From positions 1,302,001 through 1,366,000 of the forward strand of contig OZ037765.1 of assembly GCA_964035545.1 (NCBI GenBank): a stretch of 64,000 nt of DNA. Direction: 5' to 3'. The stretch comes from Bugula neritina. Taxonomy: Eukaryota; Animalia; Bryozoa. Both the position numbers and the translations under genes were made by a program. Shown in pieces: positions 1 through 14,800 of the stretch (its first letter is position 1; each line of letters begins with the position of its first letter). The notes under the pieces were generated by a model. It searched no databases and was not told the origin of the DNA. It was given only the letters and a program-made list of their open reading frames with translations.

Positions 1-3000
1 GTATTATACTATATGATAGAAACTAACACTAAAGCAAAAAGAAAACTGAAAGAGAACTATGTTTCATTGAAATTCCTGCAATGATGAATAATTATATATA
101 AAGGTAACTTTGAGGTTTTAGCACTTTGCAAAAGCACTTGTAAAAGCTTTCATATAAAATTTTAATAGGTCTAATTTGAGCCTAAAAGTAGAGTTCAATA
201 AATTTAGAAAATATCCAGTTTTACCATCAACTTGTTTTATAAAAAGTGAAGCTAATGTGATACCTAACTGAAAATGCAGGTTTTATACCCAGATGCATTT
301 GGAAAGTTGACTGGCTTTGGGATTAGCTTTAGAATCTAAAGAAGAAAGTATTTTGTTTACAAATATGATGCCGAACTCTCTTGTGGCATCAGAATGCAAA
401 AGTTAGTTGTTGTTGAATCAATGAGTTATTTGTAGAGCTGTGAGTCAGGAGAGATTCCAGTGTAGTGAATCTGTGAAGGTGCTATACCTCTGGGTATGTG
501 GGTGTTTCCCCAAGGGTCTGTGGGGGTGGTGTCCACCTGAAAGCAAAGACAATTACTTGCATATAATGTACTATAACTTGAATTTACGTCACAATATATT
601 AATAGAATATTTTATTTCATTCAACCTTTTCATTGTGCTCTAGTTCTTCTTTTGTAAAGAAATTTGAAGTTATGCGTTGAAATTCTTACAAACATGCATC
701 ATAAAATTATCTGTATATTATTTGCATGCAGAAAGATTTCGTATTTGCTTTCGCGTGCTGAAGCTTAAGTTTTCTGCAAGCTAAGGCTATAGTATCAAAA
801 ACCATCGCGTATTGATTTGAACTCAGTAATGTTATAACTTTTATCAACTTGATTGCGTAATGAAATATCTTTAGCAGCACGTGTTATAATAACAACAAAC
901 ACTGTGATCTAACGTTGACACTTGTTATTGTGATTTACTCGCAGCTGAATGCCTTTTGCACTTTGTCCCACCTTGAAAACGTTTTATTGATTGTACACAC
1001 GATTTTATTGTCCGGCATTGGATTAATTTGCATAACGCAGCATATAGCACATCACAAGCTTTTCCATGAAGAACGGACAAGGTGTTGGACTCGGACTGAA
1101 TGTTAAAATCATTTAGACTTTAATACGTTCATAGAAGTGGACCATTTCTACTTCATAGTAAGTATGGAACTCTATTAATAGCTCAATTAATCTATAGTAG
1201 AACTAGAAAGGCTTTAGCAATTCTTGAAAACAAAATATGTATTGGAAATCAAAATTTGAATTTTCAAATCAAGTGAACTCTACAGTAAATATTATTTTAT
1301 TGTTCTAACGTCTTTGTTTTAAATTTAATGCAGTCTCAAATTTTTTGCTTTCTGCGGTTTAGGTCAAATTTCACACTACTTTATGCTCTAACATACAAAT
1401 ATGTAAACACTCCAACACACAATGTAAAAATCAAAGCTGGCCCATAAACGGATAACCCCATTTTTGAGCAACAGCTGTTTTAGTGTTGCCAGGGTACATT
1501 TCCTAGTGAACAATTTTAATTACCATCGGTTACCATGGTTACTAGCAAGTGATTTTTGCCAGGAGGTGGCTCTGTATTAAATAAGGTAAACCAGACAGGA
1601 GTTGGTGATGTCATCAAGTACAAGTGTTGACTTGATATTTGGACTCAGACTGAATCTTACCAGAGAAATATGGAGATTGTGTTTATTCAGATTCTGTCTA
1701 CGTGGTCGCCCGCAGTGTCTAGAATTAAATTCAATTGCAGAAGAATTAAAATAATGCAATGATTGAGTTTTGCTTTATCTCTTAAAGCGTTACCTTATCA
1801 CTAATCTCACAGATGATTATTGTAGTATCTTCATAGGTGTGTTCTAAAATCTAGAAGATGAAAATTTTCAAATAGGTAAAAAATTTTTTGATGACTTTTG
1901 GTTCCGAGCTAGAATATTGCATGTACCTTCATTTACATGTAATATATTTGCAATATAATTGTAATATATTTGTAATATAATTGTAAATTGAGTATTGGAG
2001 ACAATGCAAAAAGAGTCTATATATATAGATATTTTAACAACCTTCATTTTCAGCCATGATTTGCAGAACGTGTTTTACCACAATAATGCAGTTCGTTATT
2101 TGTCCTTCACGGATATAATATGATATTTCCTAGTAATTATCCTTTAGACAGCACTAGAGTTTCAAAGACCATTTTTCAAATCTTTCAGCTTACTATGACA
2201 ATTGTTGCGGCAGTTAATTAATATAAAATTCATTTATTTCAATCAGACAGGTGATTTTACTGCAAGATAAATTCTGAAGATCATAGTTGATTTTCGAAAT
2301 TAAAGCAAAATCACACAACTGCATCGTGTCATATTATCTTCTTACTAAAGAATTCCTAATTAATTGACTATTGAGCTGCCTTATGATATGTTAATTATTT
2401 ATCATCTCTTATCATCGTTTGAACTGCTAGTTTTCAGCAATAGTACTATGTAATCAATAATCCAGAGTCATTTTCAGCGAAACAACTTTAATCAGATATA
2501 TAACTTTAAAATTTATTTTTAAAGTTGTAAATTTAAAGGAGGTGTGACCTGCTAATACTTTCTTAGCCTGCTAACCTAATACAGGTAAACATGTGTGGAG
2601 GAGGCTAGGGGGAGGGCTGGTGTTATGCTCCTATCAAATTTTGAGGGTGTCTGTAATTCCCCCAACAAGCAATCAGAGTTATCTCAGGAATTGAGACTAG
2701 GTATATGTATCTCTTGTAAAAAGTCGTAGCATGACCTAGATTGGAATCTACTTTTGTAGCATGAGAAATTATCTGCCCATAAACTAAAACCATTCTCATT
2801 CCAAACCCCAAACTAAACTTATACATGCCTAGTCTACAAGGAAAGCTGACTTTCCACATTGAAGCTAATGCTTTCGCAACATGAAAAATTATTTTAGTTA
2901 TACTGCAACCAGCTAAATATAGGCTGAGAATAGCAACTATATGGCTTTTGAGATCACAGTTAACTTTGAGCTGCAGCGTTTAGCAACAAAACAATGAGTT

Positions 3001-6000
3001 CAGCTGGAAATGTCATGTAATTGGTCAACAGTGTGTGAGCCCCAGGGAAATTCTATTCAGTTGTTCTTTCATAGAATATAATATTGTATATAAATTATTG
3101 CTGTGTTGTGACAATATACTAGGCATCCAGTAAAGGTGCTTGATCTAATATAGACTATTTAATAAGATACCTGTAGCTGAATATTACACAAGAGATAAAT
3201 TCTTGATTGGCTACTCAGACTATAAGCAAGCAATTTATTTCTAAGGATTCATGAGGTTTCATTCTACCTGCGGAAAGTGTAATTTTAACTCAGTTTGGTT
3301 GAAAATTCTGAGTGATCAATTAATGCAGTTGTTTTTTGTGGTTTCGGTTGACTTGAAAAGCTTCTTCCAGACATTATGTAATGTAGTTAGACCAAGTTTT
3401 CCTTTAGCTTGAGTTCCAACGTTGAGTTTAGCAATCAACTCATTTACTTTAAGGAAGACAACTTCTCCCTGCAGCTAGTCACATTATTTGAGTTCAGTTT
3501 TTTAATAGCCCAAGTTTTTTACTTTTTACCGATACTGGTTTGGAATGGCACTTTATTTGCTCAGACTTTCTCCATAATTACAGCACCTGTGCCACCGCAA
3601 GTAGTAGGAGTTGCGTTACCAACTTATTTCTGAAATTTCCCAGCTTTGAATATCGCATGATTTCAACATGGTTATCAGCTTTTCAACCGCTTAAGCTATT
3701 AGTTGTGACATTTTAATTATAATGTCTTATTTCTATAAATTTAAATAATTCTTTAATTGTGAAGCAGTACTATAGTTGAATTGTTTCAATAGTCCGAGTA
3801 CCTTAAGACTATTCAGACACGTTTTGTGGCACTCGTAGGTCACCTTCCCATAAAACTGTCAGCTGTTGAGGACGTGTGCCACGTATTTAGTAATTGTATA
3901 CTATGGAGTAGATTTTAACAGCGCATAGATTAGTCTCCCAACTAGCTGGCAGCACTTTTAGCTGGCAGCGCTCTTACAGGCAGCAATGCTGACCCAGCAG
4001 ACAATTTAGCAGGTAATTGTAGAGAATATTCACATAATTAGCTGCCAGCAGGTAGGTTAGTGACCTTGTAAGCTGATAACAGCTCAACTGAGTAAATATA
4101 TTATTTTAGCAGGTCTCCTATGCAGCTGCTACCTATAGGAATGTGTGGTGTGGTATACGTGCCATACTGAGGGGGTGAAACTCAAGCTATTTCGAGTGAG
4201 CTACTGTTTTATACTGTAAGATAAATATTATTTTTCACTGAAAACAGAGTTGCATGGGTTTGAGTGAAAGTAGGTACTAGAGTATTTATTGTAGCTACTT
4301 TGGAGATGTAAGTATATCAGATTATTATGTAACATAAATATATTATATAAATATTATTACATAACGTAAATGTTATATAATATATAATTATATCAATTAC
4401 TTGCCAGATTTTAAATTACATCTATATAAACTATTTGAGAAGATTATACTAATTTTCTTGCAGTAAAGTGCTTGCAAGTGTTGAATTCATGCAACGCTTT
4501 GCTAGGAGCAGTTGGCCTATAAACTTGTACATTAAGTATTAGCATGCAGTCAGTTGTATATAATTTATATAAAATATTATGTATTAATTTCAATGGAAAA
4601 TTACTTTATCAAGTCAACAAAACCAGCTGTAAAGCCGTTCACTTGATCATAATAAAAACATTACCACATGTGTTACTGATTGTCACTGTATATTAACATG
4701 TATAATTACTATAATATTATAATGTATTACTCTTTGTCACTATATATTACAAACCTGTGAATTATACTGCATATTACTTATATAAGTGCAATGATATATT
4801 ATTAATAATAAAACAAACCATATTGCATAATCTGAAAACATAGGCCTTGACAAAAATTAACAGTGGAGTGTCATAACGAAACAGGTCAGTAAAATTATTC
4901 AACATATAATTAATATAATGATGTGTTGTTGTGTGCAACTAGTTTGCTGGGCTATTTGTGACCAGCTGAGCCGTGCTGACAATAATAAATGTATTTCCTA
5001 TTCTACTCTGGTAAATATATAGATGTTTGTACCCAAAGAATAGAATGAGAATAAATATTTCATTGCAGAGTTGGTATATTGATCTATTGGTAAATATTTT
5101 GTTTTGCTACAAGACAGGACATACTGTTTACATTGTTCTACTCACGGCGTTAGAGTGTAGCAAGCAGCTGTATGTAGTAAACACATTGTTAGTAACATGT
5201 AGTGTATAAGTTGGTATTATGACCTATGTGCAGTGTGTGAATAGCTGTGAAATAATGATAACAATTTTACGTCCACATTCTCCCTGCTATTGTTATAATC
5301 AAAGTGAAATTTTGCTTATAGTAAACACTTGGCCAATATTAAAAATTCCTAATAAATTATATTATCAGTTGATTATCAGTAAAGTTGTTGTTGGACTGAG
5401 TGGATAAATACAATATCACTATTGCATGTTTTTATTTAATCAATTTTAAATGTATTGCTAAATCTCACCTTTCTTTTCTTTGAAACTTTAACTGAACAAA
5501 ACCGATTTTACTCATCTGTAAACAAACTGAAGTTTTAATAGTCTTTCATACTCTAATTAGTTCAAGAATAGCTAGTAATTTTGAAGTCATTTCCATTTGC
5601 ACATCCAGCATTCTTTATGCACCTTTCAGTGCATATTGTAAACTGTTATCACTAGTTAAATTTTATTATCAATTCTGCAAAATAAATTACATTTAGATCT
5701 ATCGGAAGGAAATCTTTGGGAATAGTGTAGTAGGACTTGATTATAGATGTCACAAAGTTTATCGGGACTCCTACTACTCGCCCCTCACTTGTTGTTAGCT
5801 CAACTCAATGAACTAAAACTACCTATAGTTCAACTGACATCGCCTGTTTGTAGTTGAAAAACTTAAATGGCAAAAAATTATTGTTGGACACAAAAGCATG
5901 ATATATATACATCTGAAGAGAATCTGGTATTCCTAAAGGAGTGGTTGTTATTCGCTAGTAGGTCACTCATTACTAGGGCTGGCCCAGTTACTAATTTCAT

Positions 6001-6897
6001 GCCATGCTAGGGCTGTGGCAGTAACAGATGAATGGAGAAACCCTGAAATAACATTTACAAATATTTTTAAGTCCAGCACTAACTGTTGCGTTGTTGACTT
6101 AGAAAATTTGGTGTTTTGTATTTGAGAGACAGCATGCTGACGCTGTACCTGTCAGCATACTTTATTGACGAATCACTCAGCAGTTTATTTTAGTAACTAG
6201 CTTTTACACATTGAATGATTCATGCAGTTTCTTAAAATAGGGTGAATATGAAAAGCTGTTTTCTGTAGTTGTAAAGTAATTTAGTAAAACAACTTTATTA
6301 CGATTAGCTGTCTAAAAAGGTAAAAATTGTATCTATATAATCAGTACCTTATGCACCTTATCTTAGTTCTACAAATTTGGTTAGAATTGAATATTCAAAG
6401 TGCACTTGAAGCTAATTTATGCATTAGAAAGTATTTTATCAAGTATTACAAATAATTCCACGTAAATGGCTGTAATTACTGTAATTAGTGAATAAACTAG
6501 CAGCAGCAGCAGCAGCAGCGGTTTATTATTTCAAAATCAATTTACATTTTTGGAGTTATTAAAACAAAATCTCCAACAAGTTCACTAAAAGCTTTCACAG
6601 TGTTTAAACATTATCCTTCCTTAACAGAATTAATTCTTAGACAATTTGCTAAAGGCTGAAACTACGCGGTCACGCATCATATCTCACCAGGCAGCACACC
6701 TGGATACTGACGGCTAATGCATTGGTAGCTGCTTCACCAGTGTAGCATCACCTCAACTAATAGCTATATGACCACTTAAACTATTCTTAGACCATCCATT
6801 CCATTGTTGTGTAATATTATTTCTATACACAAGGTAGTTGGTAGTGTGTATTGCGTAATATTATTTCTATACACTAGGTAGTTGGTAAAGAAGAAGT

Positions 6898-9800
6898 ATG
6901 TCAAGTCCGACAGCATCACCAACCTTAGAAGCTGCCTCGGCAGCAGCGGCTCGCAGTAAGAGAACTGAAAAAGTGAAGAAAAATATTTTAACCAAACTTT
7001 CAATTTTGTCCAGACTGCAGGTGAGAACTAGAGCGAGTAGATAGCACCGGTGTTTACTGGTAACACTAATATTTGCTGGTAACACTGGTATTTGCTGGTA
7101 ACACTGGTATTTACTGGTAATACTGGTATTTGCTGATAACACTACAGTGAGAGTAGTGGTAGCTAGCAATAGCTTATAGTAACATAATTGTTTATTAATA
7201 CAATAAAAGTAAAGCATTAGTAACAATAGTGCATGCAACAAGCCAAATAAAGCTGATAAATATTAGATAATCATTATTGTTTATTTAAATTTAGTTTATG
7301 CATAGAAAGCTTGTTTCATCTCCTATACAGTTGATACTAGCTGGCTGTACCAAAAATTAATTTGCAGTACATTATACAGTCTGATGTTTTACTACTTATA
7401 ATTTATAAATGTAATGGCTGCTCCGAAGCAATATCGGTATGATTAGGTAGAAGCAACTTCAAGCTTATAATTTGCTCATTGATTGCACATTTATGGCATT
7501 CATCTTTGTGGTGTGGCCGCTACATTTATTATTATGGATGTGCGTCTGTCTGTTTAGCAATCTAATCTTATGGTAATGATTGACGTTGTGAGCTTCCATT
7601 GCTTTTTATTATGTCCATGTGTCCATCTGAACTGACTAAGTCTCAGCACATTGACCTGTCCTGCGTAATCTAGAGAAGCTATTCTAAATAACTAATTAGC
7701 TAAAATAGAACACACTGAAAGAAACGTCAATAAAGTTCTATTCTATAACGCAGTGGTTCTTAACTACTTTTCTGAGACTCGATAAATCTTTAAACCAGAA
7801 TTGATGTTTAATTCCAATTTCCATTTCATCCATGGTACTGAGAGCCTTAAGTCAGCCTCCATTAAACATAACAATTCCAAAAGAAATATAACCTTGAAAC
7901 TCAAGCTATTTATTGCATTGCTGAAAACTTCCATCAACTCCTACGAATTATAGTTTTGTCTCTATGATTACCCACCAAACACAGCTATAGACTGTAAAAC
8001 TAGTGACGCCAAATATGAACCAAAGATCAAATGGGTTTGCATGTCTATGCAGGAATTCATTCTAAACTGTATTGTGGTCAGTCAGCGTTTCTTATGCTGC
8101 CTCAACAGCTTCTTCCTCCCTCCTTCTGAGTATCCAAATGCATGCTGGAGCTCACCTACTCTACTCACCAGCTTTACATGGTCCTGCAGCTAACTCCGCA
8201 TTTCTCATTATCAAAATAGAGTCGTTTTCTAAAAGAAATGTTTTGACACTTTTTCAACCTTCCCTACTTGCCTACATGTACATTTTGAGAAACATGGTAC
8301 ATTTCTAGTGAAAACTTACCTTTCAGGAATGCAAAATGATGTTTTGAAGTAATTTTGGTTATAATTTCACTAAAATCTTTGGCAAAGATAATCTAGCTGG
8401 TAGTAATAAAATTTGAATTAGAAAGAGTAAGTGATAACTAATGATACTGCAATATTTAAAATTATTGCTTGTTTCTTAAAATGGCAGTGTTGACAATTTG
8501 ATATAAATTCACCCTTTAGTTTAATGTTTTAGCATGCTACAAATAGTATACATATATCTTCTGTGTATACACACTTATATATGCTATAATATATACTGTA
8601 TATGCCTATATATATGCTATATAGAGTATCTACTGTATATGCATGTATATATGCTAGGGCATCTACTGCATATACACGTATATATGCTAGGGCATGCTGA
8701 AGAACAAAGAGAAGCAAAAACCAGGAAGTAGTGATGCTCTTCCACTTCCCGTTCAGCCGATGGCCACGCCTCCAAAATGGTGTGAGTCATTTGAATCGCT
8801 GCTCTCTGATCCCAGAGGAAAAGAAGCTTTCACTGTAAGTTGCCTTCCATCAACTAAACTAAACAAGTAAATAAACAATGGAGGAATACTTTTCAATGAT
8901 AGCATCTAGAGATTTACACTCACAATTACACTTACATGTAAGTTAAATTATCATACACAAAAACTATGAAACGTATGAAATTTGTTGATAGGAGTTCCTG
9001 CACAAAGAGTATAGCCAGGAGAATATGATATTCTGGCTGTCCTGCTGCCAGTACGAAGCAGCAGATGAGGTGGAGGTACGTATAGGGCATTTATTCTGAT
9101 GATTAGATTTTTTAAATATATTTCATTATAACTTTTAGAACGATATAACCAAATTATATGATAAAATGTACTCCAGGAGATGAGAATTTGTCTTCTCTAC
9201 AGCGGTATACAAGGCGCTATTGCTATATTTTTCATTTTTAGCAAACTTTACTTTAAACTATATAACTAGTAAATTTATTAATGCAATAATGTTTGTATCA
9301 GAATGCATACTTGACTTGTAGAGAAAGAACATTGCTATTGCCATATACGACCGGCATCTAGCAGGAGAGGTGAGCAAAGAGCCTGTGAATGTAGACAGCG
9401 CTGCCTTAAACTACGTGAAGACACACCTCTGTGAGGCACCAGAACATCTGTTCAAAACAGCAAAACACCAGGTAGATCCTACTCTATAGTCAAGTAACTG
9501 TCTACACTCTACTCCAATAAGTTGCTAACTTACTATAGAACCAGTTAAATGTAATGAGCCATAAACTTGTAATACTCCTATACCTCTGTACTATAACATA
9601 AAGTGATGTCATCAGTCGAAGCTATCCACTCATTGCTAGCTGCCACCATGTTGTTCTTTGTAAATGCTGCCAATTCACGTTCATCTGCTGTCAATATGCA
9701 ACAGTATGCCTCTATTAGTTTTGTCAAGGACACAGCTGGGTCATTATTATTAGTTATTGACATTATAGATATTTACTTTAATGAAGACGGATAAATACCA

Positions 9801-10913
9801 AAGATTTCTGGCGTCGGAGTTTAGCAAATGTCCGATAGACTCCTTGGATCCAGAACCAAAGGTAGTTAATCCAAACCTGGTGACTAAATTCTGTACATTT
9901 CAATGTTAAGGCTTCTTGGATCGAATTAAGAAACCCTTTACTTACTAGGATATGAATTGTGTTAATTCAGTTTGTTAGAAGTTTTACATGAGGAAAGCCA
10001 ACTCCAGTAGAGTATTTGATACCGGAAATTACATACTGTTTATTTATACTTTGCAGACGGAAAACCAAGAAGCTGCAAGTCAAACTTTACCAGAGCAGAA
10101 AGTGGGTGAGTAATTGCTCTAAAAGTTAACTCACAGTAAAGTTCAGAAATTTTGCTACAAAAAATCTTTGGTAGCTGTTGCAGTGTTGACAGCTAGCTGT
10201 TGTGACAGTACTCTATTGAATAGAGTCACACAGTTAATATTCTATTTATTTAAAGTCCTTAGAGACTCTTTACGTATTATATTTGAAATGCGCAAATCGA
10301 TTAGTCATAATAAAAATCTAATAATATTCTAGAAAAACCATCTAGTCTGGCAGAAGGTATTAACGAAGATGAAAAAGAGGGAAACTATGAGATGGCTAGA
10401 GACAGAAACCCCTGTCATGATATTTTACCTGATATTGAGGTGTGCTCATCAAGTGGCCAAGAGCCTAATGTAGAGCATAACAACAACCATGTGGAAAAAT
10501 CTAAAACATACGCGCTGGAAGAAGACAACTTAGAACAACTTAAAGATGATGAAACAAACAAAAGAGAATCTTTGGATGTTAGTTCCAAAAAGTCCTACAA
10601 CTCATCAGAGAGGAGAAGTAAATCTATTGAAGACACAACAACTAGCAAGAACTTACTGGGTCACGAAGAATATGAACCAAATGAAAATGCAATACCAAGT
10701 CGGATACGAAAGAAAAGAAACTCGTTATATTTATTGAAACGTCTGTCGGTGTCCCTTGATCAGATGATCGTGCTGGAAGAATCTGGGCTACACAGCACTA
10801 ACTGTAGCAAGATCTGCCAACTTTCAGAGTTACTTGAAGATAAAGAAACAGCAGATGAGGAGATTAAGAAGTTTATTGACTCTGTTGAAACTTTGCAGTC
10901 CTTTAGTCCGTGA
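6898..10913 (+). CDS. Regulator of G-protein signalling (RGS-domain) protein with acidic low-complexity C-terminus, 7 coding exons
   Basis: Phase-consistent GT-AG exons 6898-7020, 8691-8834, 8992-9075, 9322-9471, 9769-9861, 10057-10105, 10333-10913. Spliced product contains the RGS box WCESFESLLSDPRGKEAFT-EFLHKEYSQENMIFWLSC...EPVNVD...IFTLMKTDKYQRFLAS. An acceptor at 6877 implies a further upstream exon. Confidence 0.9.
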
Positions 10914-11850
10914 AGACCGAAGAGAGGTTAACTGAGTAGGTGTTTGTTAGGTATCCATGGATACCATATAATAGTGTTCAGAGTTGCGTGCCTAACATTT
11001 TCTTTAAATAGACAAATGCGGTTGCAGTTATTTTTTTTAAGAAATTAATTATTTTTGCAATGATGTGTCCATTTTTATTGTCATCACACTCGAACAAGTT
11101 TTCACAGCTTTTCAAGTTATTATTTTTCACATACTTCCTGTGCTTTTTTCTTATTGGAGCGTGTAACAGCGTCTATTTGAGTTTCGACGAAACTTTCTAC
11201 AGTGAATAAACATAATGAATCATCTTTAAATCCTGATGCACTCGAAAATTGTTGCTTTGAGAATTTAAACTAGAAAAAACACTTAAAGCAACAACTATAA
11301 TGTTGTCAACTGTCATCTTGCTTCCCTGTCAATGTGATTAAATAATGAATATTTCACGTGATTTATATATATATCAATATTTATTATTCAATAGCAAAAC
11401 TCTCCCAACATACTTCATTTATTCCATAAGCAAAATAAAAACAGTTGAGCATAAATATAGTATGTACAGTGCAAAATTTTAATTGAAGGAGGTAGAAAAT
11501 TATTAACAAACCAACTTCAACTATTCTATAGCACTGTTGGCTGTGTTATAGAACAACAAATAAGGCCAATACAGCTTTGTACAAATTTTACAAGAGAAAC
11601 AACTCCCACCACTTTACACAGGAAATGTTTGTAATAGTTACATGAGAAAGCGAGCTATTTAAACTAGCCAGCAGAAACTTGGGTTTTCAATGGAAAAAAC
11701 TCTCAAATTATATATAAAATATTTAAAGTTATGAATGATTGAAAACTTCCCGCCATATGTGAAGCTTCTATCATTTCTAGAGTAATACATTGTTGAGCTG
11801 GAGAACATTCTACCCTGCGGAGTTGCGCTACCAAGATGGAGCACTGAATA

Positions 11851-14800
11851 CTATACAGTTATTATAACGTTATGTTCGTGTGCAGATGCGGTGCCACTCT
11901 CAATCACTTGCTGTACCATGTCATCATCAACAGCAGGTGACAGTCCATCGACCATGTGACTGTACTGGAAGGTGATAGACAACTCCCCTGTAGTGTGAAA
12001 ACATTGTTCAGTCGGCACATCAAAATATTGATAGTACAATGAAGTTCACAGCACTTAGCAGGTGTAAATAAATGTAACAGAAACACATGAGAAGGTCAAA
12101 GTGTAGTTTGGAAGTTCAGGAGATACATTTCTGGACATCTTCTCCTAGATGTGGAATATGACAACATAAGAGAATTCTTTAGCTTGAAAGAGAGAGAACT
12201 CTTTAGCTTGTGAGAGAGAGAACTCTTTAGTTTGTGAGGGAGAGAATGTAAACTGACCTGTGTGTGTGAGAGGGAAGACGTCAGGAATCCAGTCTAGTAT
12301 AAATGGTATCACGCTGTGGTTATTTCCTTGCTGGCCTGAAACAGAAAGAGGGAGTATAATCTGTAAAAAAACGAGCTGCTACATAAAAAGGTAAAGGTTT
12401 AATATGCAGAACTATTCCATCAAACGTACCAACACGTAGAAAGGTTTTGTACTCGTGAGTTTGGCGAGTAGGGGGAGGGCTAGAAGGCTCCGCCCCGCTA
12501 CTTTCTGTATCAACTTGCACCCTGGGAGTATTTGAGAGAGAATAGCTGCCGTCTGGAGCTCGGTCGTAATATTTACTGACCAGCAGCGCCACCTGGTGTG
12601 AAATATACAGACTATATGCTTGTATTTAGATATGAAATAGAAGGTAAGCAAAACCTAAAACTCAATATAAAATGACAATGAACATTAACATAACATGGAA
12701 TACATTTTTCACATTATAAGAATAACACTGCTTATCAAAACGGTGAATTTAAAGTTCCAGCACTATTTGGTAGATTCTATAACCAAAACTCACAAAACAA
12801 ACACAAGAAATCAGGACATGCTGCAGATGCACATAGTGTGAAGTGAGAAGTGAGTCAGCACCCTCTAATCAACCAACAGACAGACAGACAGACAGACGAA
12901 CCTGAGGGCTGTCGAACACCTTCCTGACGTGGGAGAGATCGGTGAGATACCAGGAGAACTGGGCGAAGGTGCCGAGGGGAGGGATCTGCGTCCGGATGAC
13001 GGTGCACGTCTGCGACGGCAGCAGACGTTTGTTGGGAGAGCAGCTAGAGAGTCGCGCCATGATGCAGTCCCAGAATGCCTGGGGGATGTAGAACACCAGC
13101 GGCTTCGGGTTACCTGTATACCAATGTGCACATGTAACACCAGACTTAGTGAGTGGAGATAGTGTATTGTGGTATTGGAATACCACCGGTTGATCAGTGC
13201 CGACAGTAATCGACTACATCCGATAGACTCTCACATATTGCTTCAATTTCTCTATCACAATATTTCAACAAATTAAATGAATCATACTGTCACAATAAAA
13301 TTATAAACATTCCACCAATAGAACATGTATAATCAAAATTTCTCAATGCACAGCTATAATACCAAACTTACAAGATCCGAGCTGGTATCTCAATACTATA
13401 CCTAACAAGCAAAGAGTATAGTTAGTTTTTAGTGTACCGAGTAAATGCTCTACCTACCGGGTAAGGAGTAGTGCATAGTCAGGTTGATTCTCTCCGTTAC
13501 TGTCTGCAACCACTGCATAAAAGATTGTGTCACGTTTGAGGAATTTGGGTTATTGGTTGGGGGCTTTATTATTACTACAAGGGAAGTAAATTATACTTTC
13601 AATATCACATCTTGGACTATATTTTGTATGAAAACTCAGGCTAAAAAACTCTGCAGACTACTAGTGACACATCCTCTCAGGGACAGACAACCCAACCAAC
13701 TGAAAATATGGTGACGCAAGTTAACAGTATTAGACATACTGAATAAGCTAAAACTATTTCGACTATTTGACTTGCAAGAGACAGGAAGCTGCCAACTCAC
13801 GGGCAGCTCCGGGAGACTGGAACCTCTTGATCTCCGGGCCGGCGTGAGAGACTGGCAAGGCGATGGCGCGTTTCCTGGCCGGCTGAATGGAGGGCAGAAG
13901 TTGGGGCACCGGTTTCTGCTGCGAGACGGTGTAAGTGATCTTGGAGGAGTGACTTTGCTGAGTGACAGGAGACGACAACTCCTGAGTGAGTTCATCTTCT
14001 CCAACCAAATCCTCCGTATTCATCTCTGCGTACTCCACCTCAATGAGCTCGTCGTTACACGCCTTCGTCACTGCTTCTATGGCCGCAGAGTTCTCCTCTG
14101 ACATAGAGTTCTGATCGGCTGGCAGAGACTTCTCTGAAGAACACAAGAATTCTTCACACCACTAGTTGGTTTGCAGGGGTCTGGAGAAGCAACACACTAC
14201 AGAGAGTAAAGTTAGACACTACCTATCTCAGAGTCAGCCTCCAGAACGTACTGGAACTCCTTGGCCAGCTCCTCGTCGCTGCTGAAAGCGCAGACACAGG
14301 AGTAGAAGTGAATACATCTCTGTATCTTGTACCTGCATTCACCACCGCCTTCAGCATCTGTCATAGTGACTATAGTGCTCTACAATGTGTACAGTAAAGC
14401 GTGTAGAGTAGTGTAGTAGTGTGTGGAGTAGTGTAGTAGTGTGTAGAGTAGTGTAGTAGTGTGTAGAGTAGTGTAGTAGTGTGTAGAGTAGTGTAGTAGT
14501 GCGTAGAGTAGTGTAGTAGTGTGTAGAGTAGTGTAGTAGTGTGTAGAGTAGTGTAGTAGTGTGTAGAGTAGTGTAGTAGTGTGTAGAGTAGTGTAGTAGT
14601 GTGTAGAGTACTGTAGTAGTGTGTAGAGTACTGTAGTAGTGTGTAGAGTAGTGTAGTAGTGTGTAGAGTAGTGTAGTAGTGTGTAGAGAAGTGTAGTAGT
14701 GTGTAGAGTAGTGTAGTAGTGTGTAGAGTAGTAGAGTAGTGTAGTAGTGTGTAGAGTACTGTAGTAGTGTGTAGAGTAGTGTAGTAGTGTGTAGAGTAGT

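Noticed and set aside
1-6800. Short 60-80 aa ORFs in the first 6.8 kb
   Set aside because: No motifs or consistent exon chains; AT-rich intergenic or intronic DNA.
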